Shown here: positions 16,407-26,239 of the stretch, piece after piece
Position numbering within the stretch: the stretch's first letter is position 1
How the letters are laid out: each line of letters opens with the position of its first letter
Origin: Candidatus Saccharimonadota bacterium
GTDB lineage: Bacteria; Patescibacteriota; Microgenomatia; UBA1406; GWC2-37-13
Reading direction: 5' to 3'
Length of the DNA: 32,000 nt
Assembly: GCA_001790095.1 (NCBI GenBank)
Contig: MGBH01000001.1
Location: 330,001-362,000 of the forward strand
Program-made: the position numbers and the translations under genes
The notes under the pieces: model-generated
The model's database searches: none
Seen by the model: the letters and a program-made list of their open reading frames with translations, nothing else
What the model was told of the DNA's origin: nothing

Positions 16407-16678
16407 AATCAATCATAAGACAAGGTATATATGTTCTATTTATTCTTATTGCAGCAGCCAATCTGTATTTATTTGTTGCTGGAATGTATTTAAGTGACGA
16501 CATTAATCGTTTTGACAACAGTATAAAAAAACTGACTCAAGAAAATCTTCAGCTTGAAAAGGAAGTTTATCAGGTAGAATCATTACAATATGCTGCTTCA
16601 CTTAGCGCTCATCTTGATTTCACCGAAAAGTCGCAGCCCGTATATTTTGAGAATTTGAAATATGCATTTAACAGATGA
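16403..16678 (+). CDS. FtsL-like small bitopic cell-division protein
   Basis: 91 aa with one N-terminal TM segment followed by a coiled-coil-like segment (KKLTQENLQLEKEVYQVESL). It sits between rsmH and ftsI, with ATGA overlaps on both sides. The call rests on position and architecture only. Confidence 0.55.
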   Translation: MKSIIRQGIYVLFILIAAANLYLFVAGMYLSDDINRFDNSIKKLTQENLQLEKEVYQVESLQYAASLSAHLDFTEKSQPVYFENLKYAFNR

Positions 16679-18327
16679 CAAAATTACGTTTTTTACTTTT
16701 TCTTTTCTTTCTTTTTTATATTGGAATAATAGTAAGGTTGTTTTTCATCCAAGTTCTACGTCCATCTACTTCAGCTGACTATCTACGCACAAGAAAAATT
16801 CCCCCAGAAAGAGGTAAAATACTTGACCGAAATAACCAACCTTTAGTAACAAACCAAACCAAATACCAGCTTTATCTTGAGCCAAAGAACATCGATGATG
16901 AAGAAATCCTCAAAATAAAGCTTTCTAGAGAACTCCAGGTTGAAGAGTCATCAATCTCTTCCAAACTTGACAGATCAAAAGAATGGATAGCTCTATACTC
17001 TGGAATAACAAAAGAAAAACACGACGCTATTAACGCACTTAAATTAAGCGGTGTTGGTTTTAATGAAGAACAAAGTAGATATTATCCGGAAGGGTCCTCA
17101 TCCGCGCACCTTTTAGGTTTTGTTGGGAAAAATCAGGGTGGAGAAAATATAGGATATTTTGGAATAGAGGGGTTTTATGACAAAGATCTAAGTGGTTTTC
17201 CAGGGCTTATTCGATCAGATCGTGACCTTATCGATAGGCCAATCTTTTTAGGAACACAGGAGAGAATTGATCCAGAAAATGGACGCGATCTTGTATTGAC
17301 CGTAGATAAAACAGTACAGGAGATAATCAAAAGAAGACTTATTGCTGGTATCGAAAAATATAAGGCAAAAGAGGGTTGCATTATTGTGGTCCAACCTTTT
17401 ACTCTTGAGATACTAGGTCTTTCATGTATTCCTGACTTTGATCTTGAAAAATACTACTCCTTTGATGAGGGTTATTATAAAAACCAAGCTATTTCAAGTC
17501 TTTATGAGCCTGGATCCACATTTAAGCCTCTTGTTATGGCGGCTGGCATTCAAGAAGGGGTAATTACACCAAATAGTATTTTTAATGAAAAGGGGAAGAT
17601 ATCAATTGGAGAATATAACATAAAGACATGGAACGACAAATATGAAGGAAAAATCACGATGACGAGAGTACTTGAAAAATCGTCCAACGTAGGGATGGTA
17701 TATGTGGGTGAAAAATTAGGTAATAAAAAATTATTGTATTATCTTAAAAAATACGGATTTGGAGAACTTACAGGGATTGATCTACAAGGAGAAGTGCCAG
17801 GTTACCTGAGAGCTGATGATGAGTGGTACCCAATTGACTATGCAACGGCTACATTTGGACAGGGCTTGGTTGTTTCCCCCATACAGATGATAAGAGCATT
17901 TTCCACGGTTATCAACGGAGGTAATCTTATGACACCTCACGTGGTTAAGACACTGGTCGGCAAAATGAAGACTCAAAAGATCGAACCTCAGACCATAACA
18001 CGCGTAGTCAACGAGGAGGTGTCACAACAAATCAAAGAAATGCTTGTTTCAACAATTGAAAACGGGGAGACAAAATATTTGAAACCAAAAGGATATTCAA
18101 TCGGAGGAAAAACAGGGACAGCCCAGATAGCCATAAAAGGACACTACGATGCATCAAAAACCATAGCCTCATTTATTGGTTTTTCACCCGTTGAAACACC
18201 TCAGTTTGCCATACTTGTTGTGATTAAAGAACCCTCTACTTCTCAGTGGGGTTCAGAAACCGCCGCTCCACTCTTTTTTGAAATAGCAAAAGAACTTATA
18301 GTGTACTATAATATAGCACCGGAATAA
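16675..18327 (+). CDS. ftsI: Class B penicillin-binding protein (FtsI/PBP3-type transpeptidase)
   Basis: N-terminal TM segment, a dimerisation domain, STFKP (SxxK), SSN and KTGTAQ. Located in the dcw position. Confidence 0.88.
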   Translation: MTKLRFLLFLFFLFYIGIIVRLFFIQVLRPSTSADYLRTRKIPPERGKILDRNNQPLVTNQTKYQLYLEPKNIDDEEILKIKLSRELQVEESSISSKLDRSKEWIALYSGITKEKHDAINALKLSGVGFNEEQSRYYPEGSSSAHLLGFVGKNQGGENIGYFGIEGFYDKDLSGFPGLIRSDRDLIDRPIFLGTQERIDPENGRDLVLTVDKTVQEIIKRRLIAGIEKYKAKEGCIIVVQPFTLEILGLSCIPDFDLEKYYSFDEGYYKNQAISSLYEPGSTFKPLVMAAGIQEGVITPNSIFNEKGKISIGEYNIKTWNDKYEGKITMTRVLEKSSNVGMVYVGEKLGNKKLLYYLKKYGFGELTGIDLQGEVPGYLRADDEWYPIDYATATFGQGLVVSPIQMIRAFSTVINGGNLMTPHVVKTLVGKMKTQKIEPQTITRVVNEEVSQQIKEMLVSTIENGETKYLKPKGYSIGGKTGTAQIAIKGHYDASKTIASFIGFSPVETPQFAILVVIKEPSTSQWGSETAAPLFFEIAKELIVYYNIAPE

Positions 18328-18337
18328 CCCGCAAGAC

Positions 18338-19555
18338 ATGATACAAAAAATAAAAAATACATATCATCTTCTTCAAGCAATTATTGCTAATATTTTTTAT
18401 GGCTTTCCAAGCCACAAATTGAAGGTAATAGGAATTACGGGTACTGATGGTAAAACTACGACTACTCATTTAATCTATCATATTCTCAAATCATCAGGAA
18501 AAAAAGTATCAATGATATCAACGGTTTATGCAAAAGTAGGCGATAAAGAATATGACACAGGGCTTCATACCACAACTCCCAACGCATTTCAGGTCCAAAG
18601 TATGTTAAGACTTGCCCTTAAGGCACATGATGAATATTTTATCCTTGAGACGACATCGCACGCGCTTGATCAAAATAGGGTATGGGGTATAGCTTATAGT
18701 ATGGGAATTTTAACCAACGTGACACACGAACACTTGGATTATCACAAAGATTACGAAGACTATCTACATACAAAAGTGCTTCTTCTTAATCGTTCAAATC
18801 AGATTATCATAAATCGGGACGATGAATCTTATAACAAGATCATGCAAAACAGTATGACGAAGGGTAAAAAATTATCAACGTATGGTTTATGTGGTAAGGC
18901 AGATTATATGTATGACTTCAAAAAAACTATCCCTCTTCTTGCGGAGTTCAATGCATATAACTTTTTAGCAGCGTATGTCGCAGCTAAGAAAATCGGAGTA
19001 AAAGAAAAAGAAATACTAAGTGCAATGCGGACATTTAGGTTGCCACCTGGAAGGATTGATATAGTCTATGATAATAAATTTAAGGTGATTGTTGACTTTG
19101 CCCACACCCCAAACGCGATAGCTAAAATTCTCCAAACAGTAAGATCTGTTTATTTGAAGAAGGGCGGGAAAATTATTCACGTTTTTGGTTCTGCTGGACT
19201 TCGTGATGTAAGCAAGCGCCCGCTCATGGGTATTGCAAGCGCGTCTGAGTCTGATATAACGATACTCACAGAAGAAGATCATAGGATTGAGGATCCCAGA
19301 GATATATGTGAACAAATCGGAAAAGGACTAAAAAGCTCGGGTTTTATCCGTAAAACAAACCTGTCTTCAACGGACAGAAAAAAATACAGCACGATCATTG
19401 ATCGTTATACTGCATTACAACAGGCAATACGACTAGCAAAAAAAGATGACATCGTTATTATTACTGGAAAAGGACACGAAAAAAGCTTGTGCAGAGGTAA
19501 AACTGAAACCCCATGGGATGAGGTAAAAGTTGTTAAAAGCATTCTGCGAGTATGA
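18338..19555 (+). CDS. murE: MurE-type Mur ligase (UDP-MurNAc-L-Ala-D-Glu:diamino acid ligase), short form lacking the N-terminal domain
   Basis: GITGTDGKTTT P-loop at about residue 33, LTNVTHEHLDYH, DFAHTPNAI (the MurE-type DYAHTP), and TEEDHRIEDPR at the position of TDDNPRTEEPR. Confidence 0.8.
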   Translation: MIQKIKNTYHLLQAIIANIFYGFPSHKLKVIGITGTDGKTTTTHLIYHILKSSGKKVSMISTVYAKVGDKEYDTGLHTTTPNAFQVQSMLRLALKAHDEYFILETTSHALDQNRVWGIAYSMGILTNVTHEHLDYHKDYEDYLHTKVLLLNRSNQIIINRDDESYNKIMQNSMTKGKKLSTYGLCGKADYMYDFKKTIPLLAEFNAYNFLAAYVAAKKIGVKEKEILSAMRTFRLPPGRIDIVYDNKFKVIVDFAHTPNAIAKILQTVRSVYLKKGGKIIHVFGSAGLRDVSKRPLMGIASASESDITILTEEDHRIEDPRDICEQIGKGLKSSGFIRKTNLSSTDRKKYSTIIDRYTALQQAIRLAKKDDIVIITGKGHEKSLCRGKTETPWDEVKVVKSILRV

Positions 19556-20292
19556 TTTATTTTAGTCCTATAAATAAAACCTATATGTCCTCAAAACTGG
19601 ATGACATATCTTTGTCTATGGGATTTACCACAAAAGTTATAGGCGATGGACGGGTAATTGATAATGTTTTGTCATATTTACGCATAAATCAAGTCATTTT
19701 CAAAAGCCTTATTGTTGCAGAGCAAATACATTCTGCCAATGTTGCTAGCTTTGATTCACCTATGCATCGTGAGGTTGAACTTTTACCGGAAACAGATGGC
19801 ATAGTTACTACAGAAAAAGGAATTGCGATAGCAGTTCGGACCGCAGACTGTATACCTATCATCTACTGCGATTTAAAGGCTGGAGTGATAGCGGCATCGC
19901 ACAACGGCTGGAGGGGGTCTCTTAAAAATATATCGTCAAGAGTCATTGATATCATGGTGGAAAGGGGCGCTTCAAAAGAAAACATTGTTGTAGCGATTGG
20001 TCCAGGGATTGGAGCATGCTGTTATGACGTACAGGATGAACGATACTATAGTTTTCTGGAAGAATTCGACAATGATTTTGGCGCATTCAGCATACGAGGA
20101 GGTAAACGGCATCTTAATCTGTTAAAACTGAATTATGAGATTTTGAAGCGTATCGGTATTAAGACTGATAACATTGATTTTTTTCCCTTTTGTACCATGT
20201 GCAATAAAGACCTCTTCTTTTCTTATAGACGTGACTACAAAAAGCATCCAGACAGATTTGGAGAAATGTTTAGTTTTATTGTGAGAAATTAA
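19552..20292 (+). CDS. pgeF: YfiH/PgeF family (DUF152 'laccase-domain') protein, a peptidoglycan editing factor candidate
   Basis: The conserved His/Cys/His triad is in context: EQIHSANV, RTADCIPI, ASHNGWRG. Also GPGIGACCYDV and a C-terminal FSYRRD. Confidence 0.85.
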   Translation: MIYFSPINKTYMSSKLDDISLSMGFTTKVIGDGRVIDNVLSYLRINQVIFKSLIVAEQIHSANVASFDSPMHREVELLPETDGIVTTEKGIAIAVRTADCIPIIYCDLKAGVIAASHNGWRGSLKNISSRVIDIMVERGASKENIVVAIGPGIGACCYDVQDERYYSFLEEFDNDFGAFSIRGGKRHLNLLKLNYEILKRIGIKTDNIDFFPFCTMCNKDLFFSYRRDYKKHPDRFGEMFSFIVRN

Positions 20293-21713
20293 TGATAAAA
20301 ACTACTAAATCCATTTTTTTCATTGGCATAAAAGGAGCAGCTATGTCAAATTTGGCGGTTATTTTTAAGAAGATGGGTAAAACCGTAAGCGGTTGTGATA
20401 CTGATGAGGAGTTTATCACGGATACAATACTGCATTCATATCACATACCCAATTTAGTAGGATTTAGTGAAAACATTTTACCAAAGCATGTTGATCTAGT
20501 GGTGTATTCAGCAGCTCATAATGGGAAGGATAATCCCATAGCGATAGAAGCCTTAAAAAGGGGAGTATCCATCGTGTCTCAAGGGAAACTCCAGAACGAA
20601 ATACTTAAAGGTTTCAAAACTAGCATAGCCGTTTCGGGTTGTCACGGCAAAACTACAACATCCTCACTTCTTGCTTATACTCTAGGAAAGCTTGGAAAAA
20701 AGCCAAGCTATATGATTGGAGTCCCTCATTTTAATGGACTGCCGGGGGGGATGTATGAGGGGAACGATTATTTTGTCATAGAAGCCGATGAATATGGAGT
20801 CAACCCTCCGCTTGATAAGACACCAAAACTACTACTATTGAATCCTACTCACATTATCTGTACCAACATTGATTTCGATCATCCAGATGTATATAAGGAC
20901 ATTACAGAAACAAAGGAAACTTTTAAGACATTTTTTGATCATAAAAGACTATATCTTTGTATCGACGATCCTCAGATAAAGTCAGTTATGGGTTCCTTAG
21001 ATAAGAAGCAACATCTTACCTATGGTTTCTCAAAGGAAGCAGATTTACAAATACAAAACCCGGTAGTTAATGAAACCCAATCGTCTTTCAATTTGATTTA
21101 CAAAGGAGCACCTCTTGGATTATTTACCATTTCTTTATTTGGAGAAAAAAATATTTCTAATGCAGCAGGCGTCATTTTGTCTCTCTTAGATCTTGGGTTA
21201 AATAGTGAAGAAATAAAAAAAGCTATTAAGAACTTTTCATCGGTCAAGCGCCGGAATGAATTAATTTATCATCAAAACGATATCTATCTTTTCGATGACT
21301 ACGGACACCATCCTGCCGAGATAGCAGCTACTATTTCAGCCGCGAGAGCAAGATTTAAAAATAGGCGTATTATTTTGCTGTTTCAACCACACACCTTTTC
21401 TCGGACACTTTCTCTTAAGGCAGACTTTGCAGTGAGTCTTGCCACGAGCGACTACTGTCTTGTTGCTCCAATTTTTCCTTCCGCCCGTGAAAAAAAAGAG
21501 AAGTTCAAAGTGACATCATATGATATTGAAAAAGAAGCTAACAAGAAGGGTGTCTTTCATGTTAAGGCGTGTGATTCGAAAGAATACATCCTTAACAAAC
21601 TTGATAAGTATTTAAAGAAGAAAGACATAGTTTTTACCGTTGGAGCAGGGGATATATACAAACTGCACGGTGATATAATTAAGATTATGAATCGTCATGC
21701 GCAAAACACATAA
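20292..21713 (+). CDS. murC: UDP-N-acetylmuramate--L-alanine ligase
   Basis: FFIGIKGAAMSNLA, SGCHGKTTTSSLL and DDYGHHPAEI (MurC-specific). Adjacent to murB. Confidence 0.88.
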   Translation: MIKTTKSIFFIGIKGAAMSNLAVIFKKMGKTVSGCDTDEEFITDTILHSYHIPNLVGFSENILPKHVDLVVYSAAHNGKDNPIAIEALKRGVSIVSQGKLQNEILKGFKTSIAVSGCHGKTTTSSLLAYTLGKLGKKPSYMIGVPHFNGLPGGMYEGNDYFVIEADEYGVNPPLDKTPKLLLLNPTHIICTNIDFDHPDVYKDITETKETFKTFFDHKRLYLCIDDPQIKSVMGSLDKKQHLTYGFSKEADLQIQNPVVNETQSSFNLIYKGAPLGLFTISLFGEKNISNAAGVILSLLDLGLNSEEIKKAIKNFSSVKRRNELIYHQNDIYLFDDYGHHPAEIAATISAARARFKNRRIILLFQPHTFSRTLSLKADFAVSLATSDYCLVAPIFPSAREKKEKFKVTSYDIEKEANKKGVFHVKACDSKEYILNKLDKYLKKKDIVFTVGAGDIYKLHGDIIKIMNRHAQNT

Positions 21714-21725
21714 GACCAATTATCT

Positions 21726-22670
21726 ATGGATATATCTGTATTTACCAACAAATTCGGTCCTAATAAGATAGAAAAAGACAAAGATTTATTTCCTTATCTT
21801 ACTCTTCGAACGCATGTGATTGCTCCATACTTTTTTGAAGCAGAGACTAAGGGGGAACTTGTGTCAGTGTTGACTATGTGTCTAAGGGAGAATGTTCCGT
21901 ACATTTTGATAGGGGGGGGTTCAAATACCGCAATTATAACAAAAGAAATACGCGGTCTTACAATAAAAAACAGCTATTCAGAACTTAAACTGATACATGA
22001 AGAAAAAACATATGTTGAATTGAGTATTTCCTCAGGCTATAGTGTTTCTCTTCTTGTAAGTGAAACCGTTGAAAAAGGTTGGGGTGGGTTTGAATACCAT
22101 AAAGGTCTTCCTGGTACCATGGGTGGAGGAGTGTATATGAACTCAAAATGGACAAGGCCACTCTCATATATTGGTGATAGATTAATCAGTGCTCAAATAC
22201 TTGATAAAAAAGGACGATTAAAGTTAGTTGAAAGAGATTACTTTCAGTTCGGTTACGATTTTAGTACTTTGCAAAAAACTGGAGAAATATTTATTGACGG
22301 CATTTTTAGATTAGAAAAAACTGATCCTAACATATTAAAAAGGCGGGCGGATGAATCACTTTCATATCGTAAAAAGACACAACCATTTGGTGTGGCAACC
22401 TGCGGATGTTTTTTTCAAAATATATCAAAAGCAGACCAACTCAGATTAGATCTTCCGACCACTTCGGTAGGATACCTTATCGACAAGGCTGGTATGAAAA
22501 ACTTAAAAATAGGCGCTTTTTCTGTTTCCAACCTGCATGCGAACTTTATTTTACACTCAGCAAGAGGTGATGGGAAGACGCAAGACCTGTTACAATTAAT
22601 AAGCGAGATAAAACGCAAAGTTAAGGAACGATTTGGTGTAACACTTATTGAAGAAGTTGTGGTAATTTAA
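21726..22670 (+). CDS. murB: UDP-N-acetylenolpyruvoylglucosamine reductase
   Basis: FAD-binding PCMH-type N-terminus (LRTHVIAPYFFEAET, ILIGGGSN), GLPGTMGGGVYMN and GCFFQN. Confidence 0.88.
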   Translation: MDISVFTNKFGPNKIEKDKDLFPYLTLRTHVIAPYFFEAETKGELVSVLTMCLRENVPYILIGGGSNTAIITKEIRGLTIKNSYSELKLIHEEKTYVELSISSGYSVSLLVSETVEKGWGGFEYHKGLPGTMGGGVYMNSKWTRPLSYIGDRLISAQILDKKGRLKLVERDYFQFGYDFSTLQKTGEIFIDGIFRLEKTDPNILKRRADESLSYRKKTQPFGVATCGCFFQNISKADQLRLDLPTTSVGYLIDKAGMKNLKIGAFSVSNLHANFILHSARGDGKTQDLLQLISEIKRKVKERFGVTLIEEVVVI

Positions 22671-22687
22671 ATCTTATAAATCTTTAT

Positions 22688-24013
22688 ATGGAAGATGCAT
22701 TTATAATCCATGGAGGTAAACCGCTTAAAGGAAAGATAATCTTATCTGGCGCAAAAAATGTTTCATTAAAGGTTGTTATTGCAGCTCTTCTTTTTAAAGG
22801 TAAAGTTATACTTCACAATATTCCAAAGATCGAGGATATATTTGAACTCTTCCATCTCATAAAAACACTGGGTGGGTCAGGTAAATTTATCGATACAAAC
22901 ACCGTTTCTATTGATTCAACGGACCTTAATGAAAATAGACTTGATTTCCTCCATGCGTCAAAGATTAGAACATCGTTTATGTTGTTTGCCCCCCTTCTTT
23001 ATCGATTCAAAAAAGCATTTATTCCTAATCCAGGTGGATGTCGACTAGGCGCACGGCCAATCGACCGGATCGTTGAAGGGATGCAAAAACTTGGTGTTAC
23101 GGTGACATATAATAGTGAAACGGGTTATTATGATGCTTCTATTATAAAAAAACCTGAGGGGTCCTATGTCTTTCAAAAACCTTCCCATACAGGAACAGAG
23201 TTTTTAATCCTTATGTCGGTTTTTTGCAAAGGTACTATTCTCATCCGCAATGCTGCGCTTGAGCCTGAAATTGATGATCTTATACAGTTTCTCAATGAGG
23301 GTGGGGCGAATATAACTCGAATAGGAGAAGATATCAAGGTAGTTGGAGTTGACGAACTACGTCAAAAAAGACCTTACACCATAGTTTCAGACAGAAACGA
23401 AGCAGTTACCTATGCGGTCCTAGGAATCATTACCAAGGGTGACATAACAATTGGATCAATTCCGAAAAACTATATTCAAACATTTATTTCTTTTGTAAAA
23501 AAGATTGGTGCTGGAGTTGAACAAGTAAAAAACGACAGTTGGCGTTTTTATTATAAAGGAGATCTTATGGCAACCAATATTATTACAGATTCACACCCTG
23601 GATTTATGACTGATTGGCAACCAAATTGGGCTGTTCTTATGACACAAGCTAATGGCACATCTACCATACATGAGCGTATATTTGAAAACAGATTTGCTTT
23701 TGTTGATGAGCTGGTTAAGGTTGGTGCGAAGATAGAGTATTATCAACCAAAAATAGAAAACCCCCAATCGTATTATATGTTCAATTATGATGTTCATAAA
23801 GATCATAAACAAGCAATAAAGATATATGGGCCTCAGCGTCTTCACAACGGTGTTCTTAATATCGCAGATCTTCGAGCGGGTGCTACACTTGCGATAGCTG
23901 CACTGCTTGCGCAAGGTGAGTCGGTGATAAATGGAGCATCTATTCTTGAACGCGGATACGAAAACTTTATTGGAAAAGTTACACATTTAGGCGGAGATAT
24001 AAAAAAAGTATGA
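22688..24013 (+). CDS. murA: UDP-N-acetylglucosamine 1-carboxyvinyltransferase
   Basis: SGAKNVSLKVVIAALL, PGGCRLGARPIDR (catalytic Cys loop) and LRAGATLAIAALLAQGES. Confidence 0.93.
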   Translation: MEDAFIIHGGKPLKGKIILSGAKNVSLKVVIAALLFKGKVILHNIPKIEDIFELFHLIKTLGGSGKFIDTNTVSIDSTDLNENRLDFLHASKIRTSFMLFAPLLYRFKKAFIPNPGGCRLGARPIDRIVEGMQKLGVTVTYNSETGYYDASIIKKPEGSYVFQKPSHTGTEFLILMSVFCKGTILIRNAALEPEIDDLIQFLNEGGANITRIGEDIKVVGVDELRQKRPYTIVSDRNEAVTYAVLGIITKGDITIGSIPKNYIQTFISFVKKIGAGVEQVKNDSWRFYYKGDLMATNIITDSHPGFMTDWQPNWAVLMTQANGTSTIHERIFENRFAFVDELVKVGAKIEYYQPKIENPQSYYMFNYDVHKDHKQAIKIYGPQRLHNGVLNIADLRAGATLAIAALLAQGESVINGASILERGYENFIGKVTHLGGDIKKV

Positions 24014-25263
24014 AAAAAATATCCAACATTGTTATCCTTGCAGGCGGTGATAGTGACCGTTTTTGGCCATTAAAGGAAAAATTCCTCTTTTCAATTTTAG
24101 GAAAGTCATTATTACAGAGGCTCGTAGAAGGAGTTCTTCCTTATGGAGAGCAGATATTTGTAGTATGTAACAAGCACAACGAAGGTTCTATACATGAAGC
24201 AACAAAGGGAAAAGTAAAAACTATTATTCAGAATAATCAAGGTACCGGCATGGCTGCTGCAGTTTTATCTTGCGATAGCGAAGTAAAAGACAATGTTCTT
24301 ATTCTTAATGCTTCTGATTTCTTTGACTTTAATATATTGAGTGAGTTTTTAAGGCGAATAGAAAAGGGAAGCCCGGATTTTATCTGTTTGGCAAAAAAGA
24401 CAAAAGAATATTTTCCTGGGGCATATATTGAGTTCAATGGCGAGAATATTGTAAGATTTATTGAAAAACCTGCACCAGACAAGGTGCCTTCAGATACGCT
24501 CAAGCTTGTTGTTGATTATATTGCCGATTTTCAGTCATTTGTAAAAGTATTGAGAGAAACAGCAACAAACGCAGATGATCAATATGAAAAAGGATTAAAT
24601 TCGTTTCTAAAAAATAAAACAAAAACTGAATATGTACTTTATGAAAGTTATTGGTATATGTTGAAGTATTCTTTTCATCTTTTATCAATGCTTCGATTCT
24701 ATCTTGCTGAAAATAGAACTTCTATGATTGATAAAACAGCATCCATATCTAAAAACGCTGTGATAAATGGAGTGGTATATATCGGAAAACATGTTGTCAT
24801 TGGCGATTTTGCAAAGATTGCTGGCCCATGTTATATTGGTGACAACACCATAATAGCTGACTATGCGCTTGTTCGCGAAAGCCACATAGGTCGTAATTGT
24901 CTCATCGGTTCCTCAAGTGAAGTTGCACGATCTTACTTGGGCGACAATGTAATGCTGCATCGCAATTACATTGGTGACTCAGTGTTGGCAAACAATGTTT
25001 TGTGTGGAGCTGGAGCAGTTACTGCTAATTTTCGGTTTGATGAGAAGGAAGTATACTCATTTGTCAAAAAAAACAAGATTAATAGTGGTTTAAAGAAGCT
25101 TGGTGCTATAGTCGGTACAAATACAAAAATAGGAGTGAACAGCACTATTTATCCAGGAGTGAAGATAGGTAGTGAGGTACTTATTGCCCCACATGAAGTT
25201 ATAAAACAAGACGTAGGAGACAATTTATTTTATATGAATGGAGCCGGAATGGAAAAAAAATAA
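24010..25263 (+). CDS. Sugar-phosphate nucleotidyltransferase with a C-terminal left-handed beta-helix domain (GlmU-like architecture)
   Basis: N-terminal ILAGGDSDRFWPL (NTP-transferase G-rich loop). The C-terminus has hexapeptide repeats (IGKHVVIGDFAKIAGPCYIGDNTIIADYALVRESHIGRNCLIGSSSEV...). Substrate not determinable by eye. Confidence 0.7.
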   Translation: MKKISNIVILAGGDSDRFWPLKEKFLFSILGKSLLQRLVEGVLPYGEQIFVVCNKHNEGSIHEATKGKVKTIIQNNQGTGMAAAVLSCDSEVKDNVLILNASDFFDFNILSEFLRRIEKGSPDFICLAKKTKEYFPGAYIEFNGENIVRFIEKPAPDKVPSDTLKLVVDYIADFQSFVKVLRETATNADDQYEKGLNSFLKNKTKTEYVLYESYWYMLKYSFHLLSMLRFYLAENRTSMIDKTASISKNAVINGVVYIGKHVVIGDFAKIAGPCYIGDNTIIADYALVRESHIGRNCLIGSSSEVARSYLGDNVMLHRNYIGDSVLANNVLCGAGAVTANFRFDEKEVYSFVKKNKINSGLKKLGAIVGTNTKIGVNSTIYPGVKIGSEVLIAPHEVIKQDVGDNLFYMNGAGMEKK

Positions 25264-25264
25264 T

Positions 25265-26239
25265 ATGAAAAAAATCACAGTACTTGGGGGCGGAACAGGG
25301 ACATTTGTTGTGCTGTCGGGTATTAAAAGGCTTCCAATTGATCTTGGTGTGATTGTTACCATGATGGACTCAGGTGGTTCAACAGGGCGTCTTCGTGACC
25401 AATTAGGAGTGTTGCCGCCGGGTGATTTGAGGCAATGTTTAGTAGCTCTTTCTGAAGCACCGGAGTTATGGAGAAAACTGTTTCTATATCGGTTTGAAAG
25501 AGGAGATTTTAAAGGTCATAATTTTGGGAATATTTTTCTTTCAGCACTTGAAAAGGTATCGCAAAACTACGATCAAGTACTTGATACGGCAAGCTACGTG
25601 CTTAAGACCTCAGGTATGGTTATCCCTGTTACTTTTGAAAAAACCACTCTTTGTGCTCAATACGAAAACGGAAAACTTCTTAAAGGAGAGACATATATCG
25701 ATGAAAATCATGCGGAGATAAGCAAGATAAAACGTACCTTTCTTGAACCGAGCGTCTCAGCAAACCCAAAAGCCATTACACGCATAAAAGACTCAAACTA
25801 CCTTATCATGGGGCCGGGAGATCTGTATACAAGCATCATTCCCACACTTCTCGTTGATGGAATGAGGGAAGCTGTAATTCACACGAAGGCAAAGATAATC
25901 TACGTTATGAATCTTATGACAAAGTCCGGGCAAACCTCCAATTACACTGCGCAAGACCATATCAAGGATCTGGAAAGCTATCTTGGTCGGAAACTTGATC
26001 ATATCATCATCAATAATGGCAAGATACCGGAGGATATAATACAATGGTATATCACACACAACGAAAAACCCGTTATCAACGACCTCGATAAAGCGTGTTG
26101 TAATGGAGCAGTCGTTGAAAAAGATGTTGTTGACAATGTTTCTATAGTGAAGGGCAGAGCTGATGTATTAACAAGAAGCATATTAAGACACGACAGTCAA
26201 AAATTAGCAGATATTATACGCACCCTTATTAATATATGA
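25265..26239 (+). CDS. yvcK: YvcK/CofD-family protein (gluconeogenesis factor / GlmR-like)
   Basis: LGGGTGTFVVLSG, MDSGGSTGRLRD and PPGDLRQCLVALS. I chose the start at ATG 25265 (MKKITVLGGG) over 25238. Confidence 0.85.
   Translation: MKKITVLGGGTGTFVVLSGIKRLPIDLGVIVTMMDSGGSTGRLRDQLGVLPPGDLRQCLVALSEAPELWRKLFLYRFERGDFKGHNFGNIFLSALEKVSQNYDQVLDTASYVLKTSGMVIPVTFEKTTLCAQYENGKLLKGETYIDENHAEISKIKRTFLEPSVSANPKAITRIKDSNYLIMGPGDLYTSIIPTLLVDGMREAVIHTKAKIIYVMNLMTKSGQTSNYTAQDHIKDLESYLGRKLDHIIINNGKIPEDIIQWYITHNEKPVINDLDKACCNGAVVEKDVVDNVSIVKGRADVLTRSILRHDSQKLADIIRTLINI

Noticed and set aside
21912-21919. G8 homopolymer in murB, with G7 tracts at 20744..20750 (murC) and 29900..29906 (murD), considered as possible slipped-strand phase-variation sites
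   Set aside because: Each tract encodes conserved glycine-rich motifs (IGGGSN, PGGM, LGGED) in essential genes and all are in frame. They are more likely a consequence of GGG codon use than contingency loci.
23591-23986. 131-aa minus-strand ORF
   Set aside because: It is antisense within murA, with no motifs and no room for a promoter or independent context.
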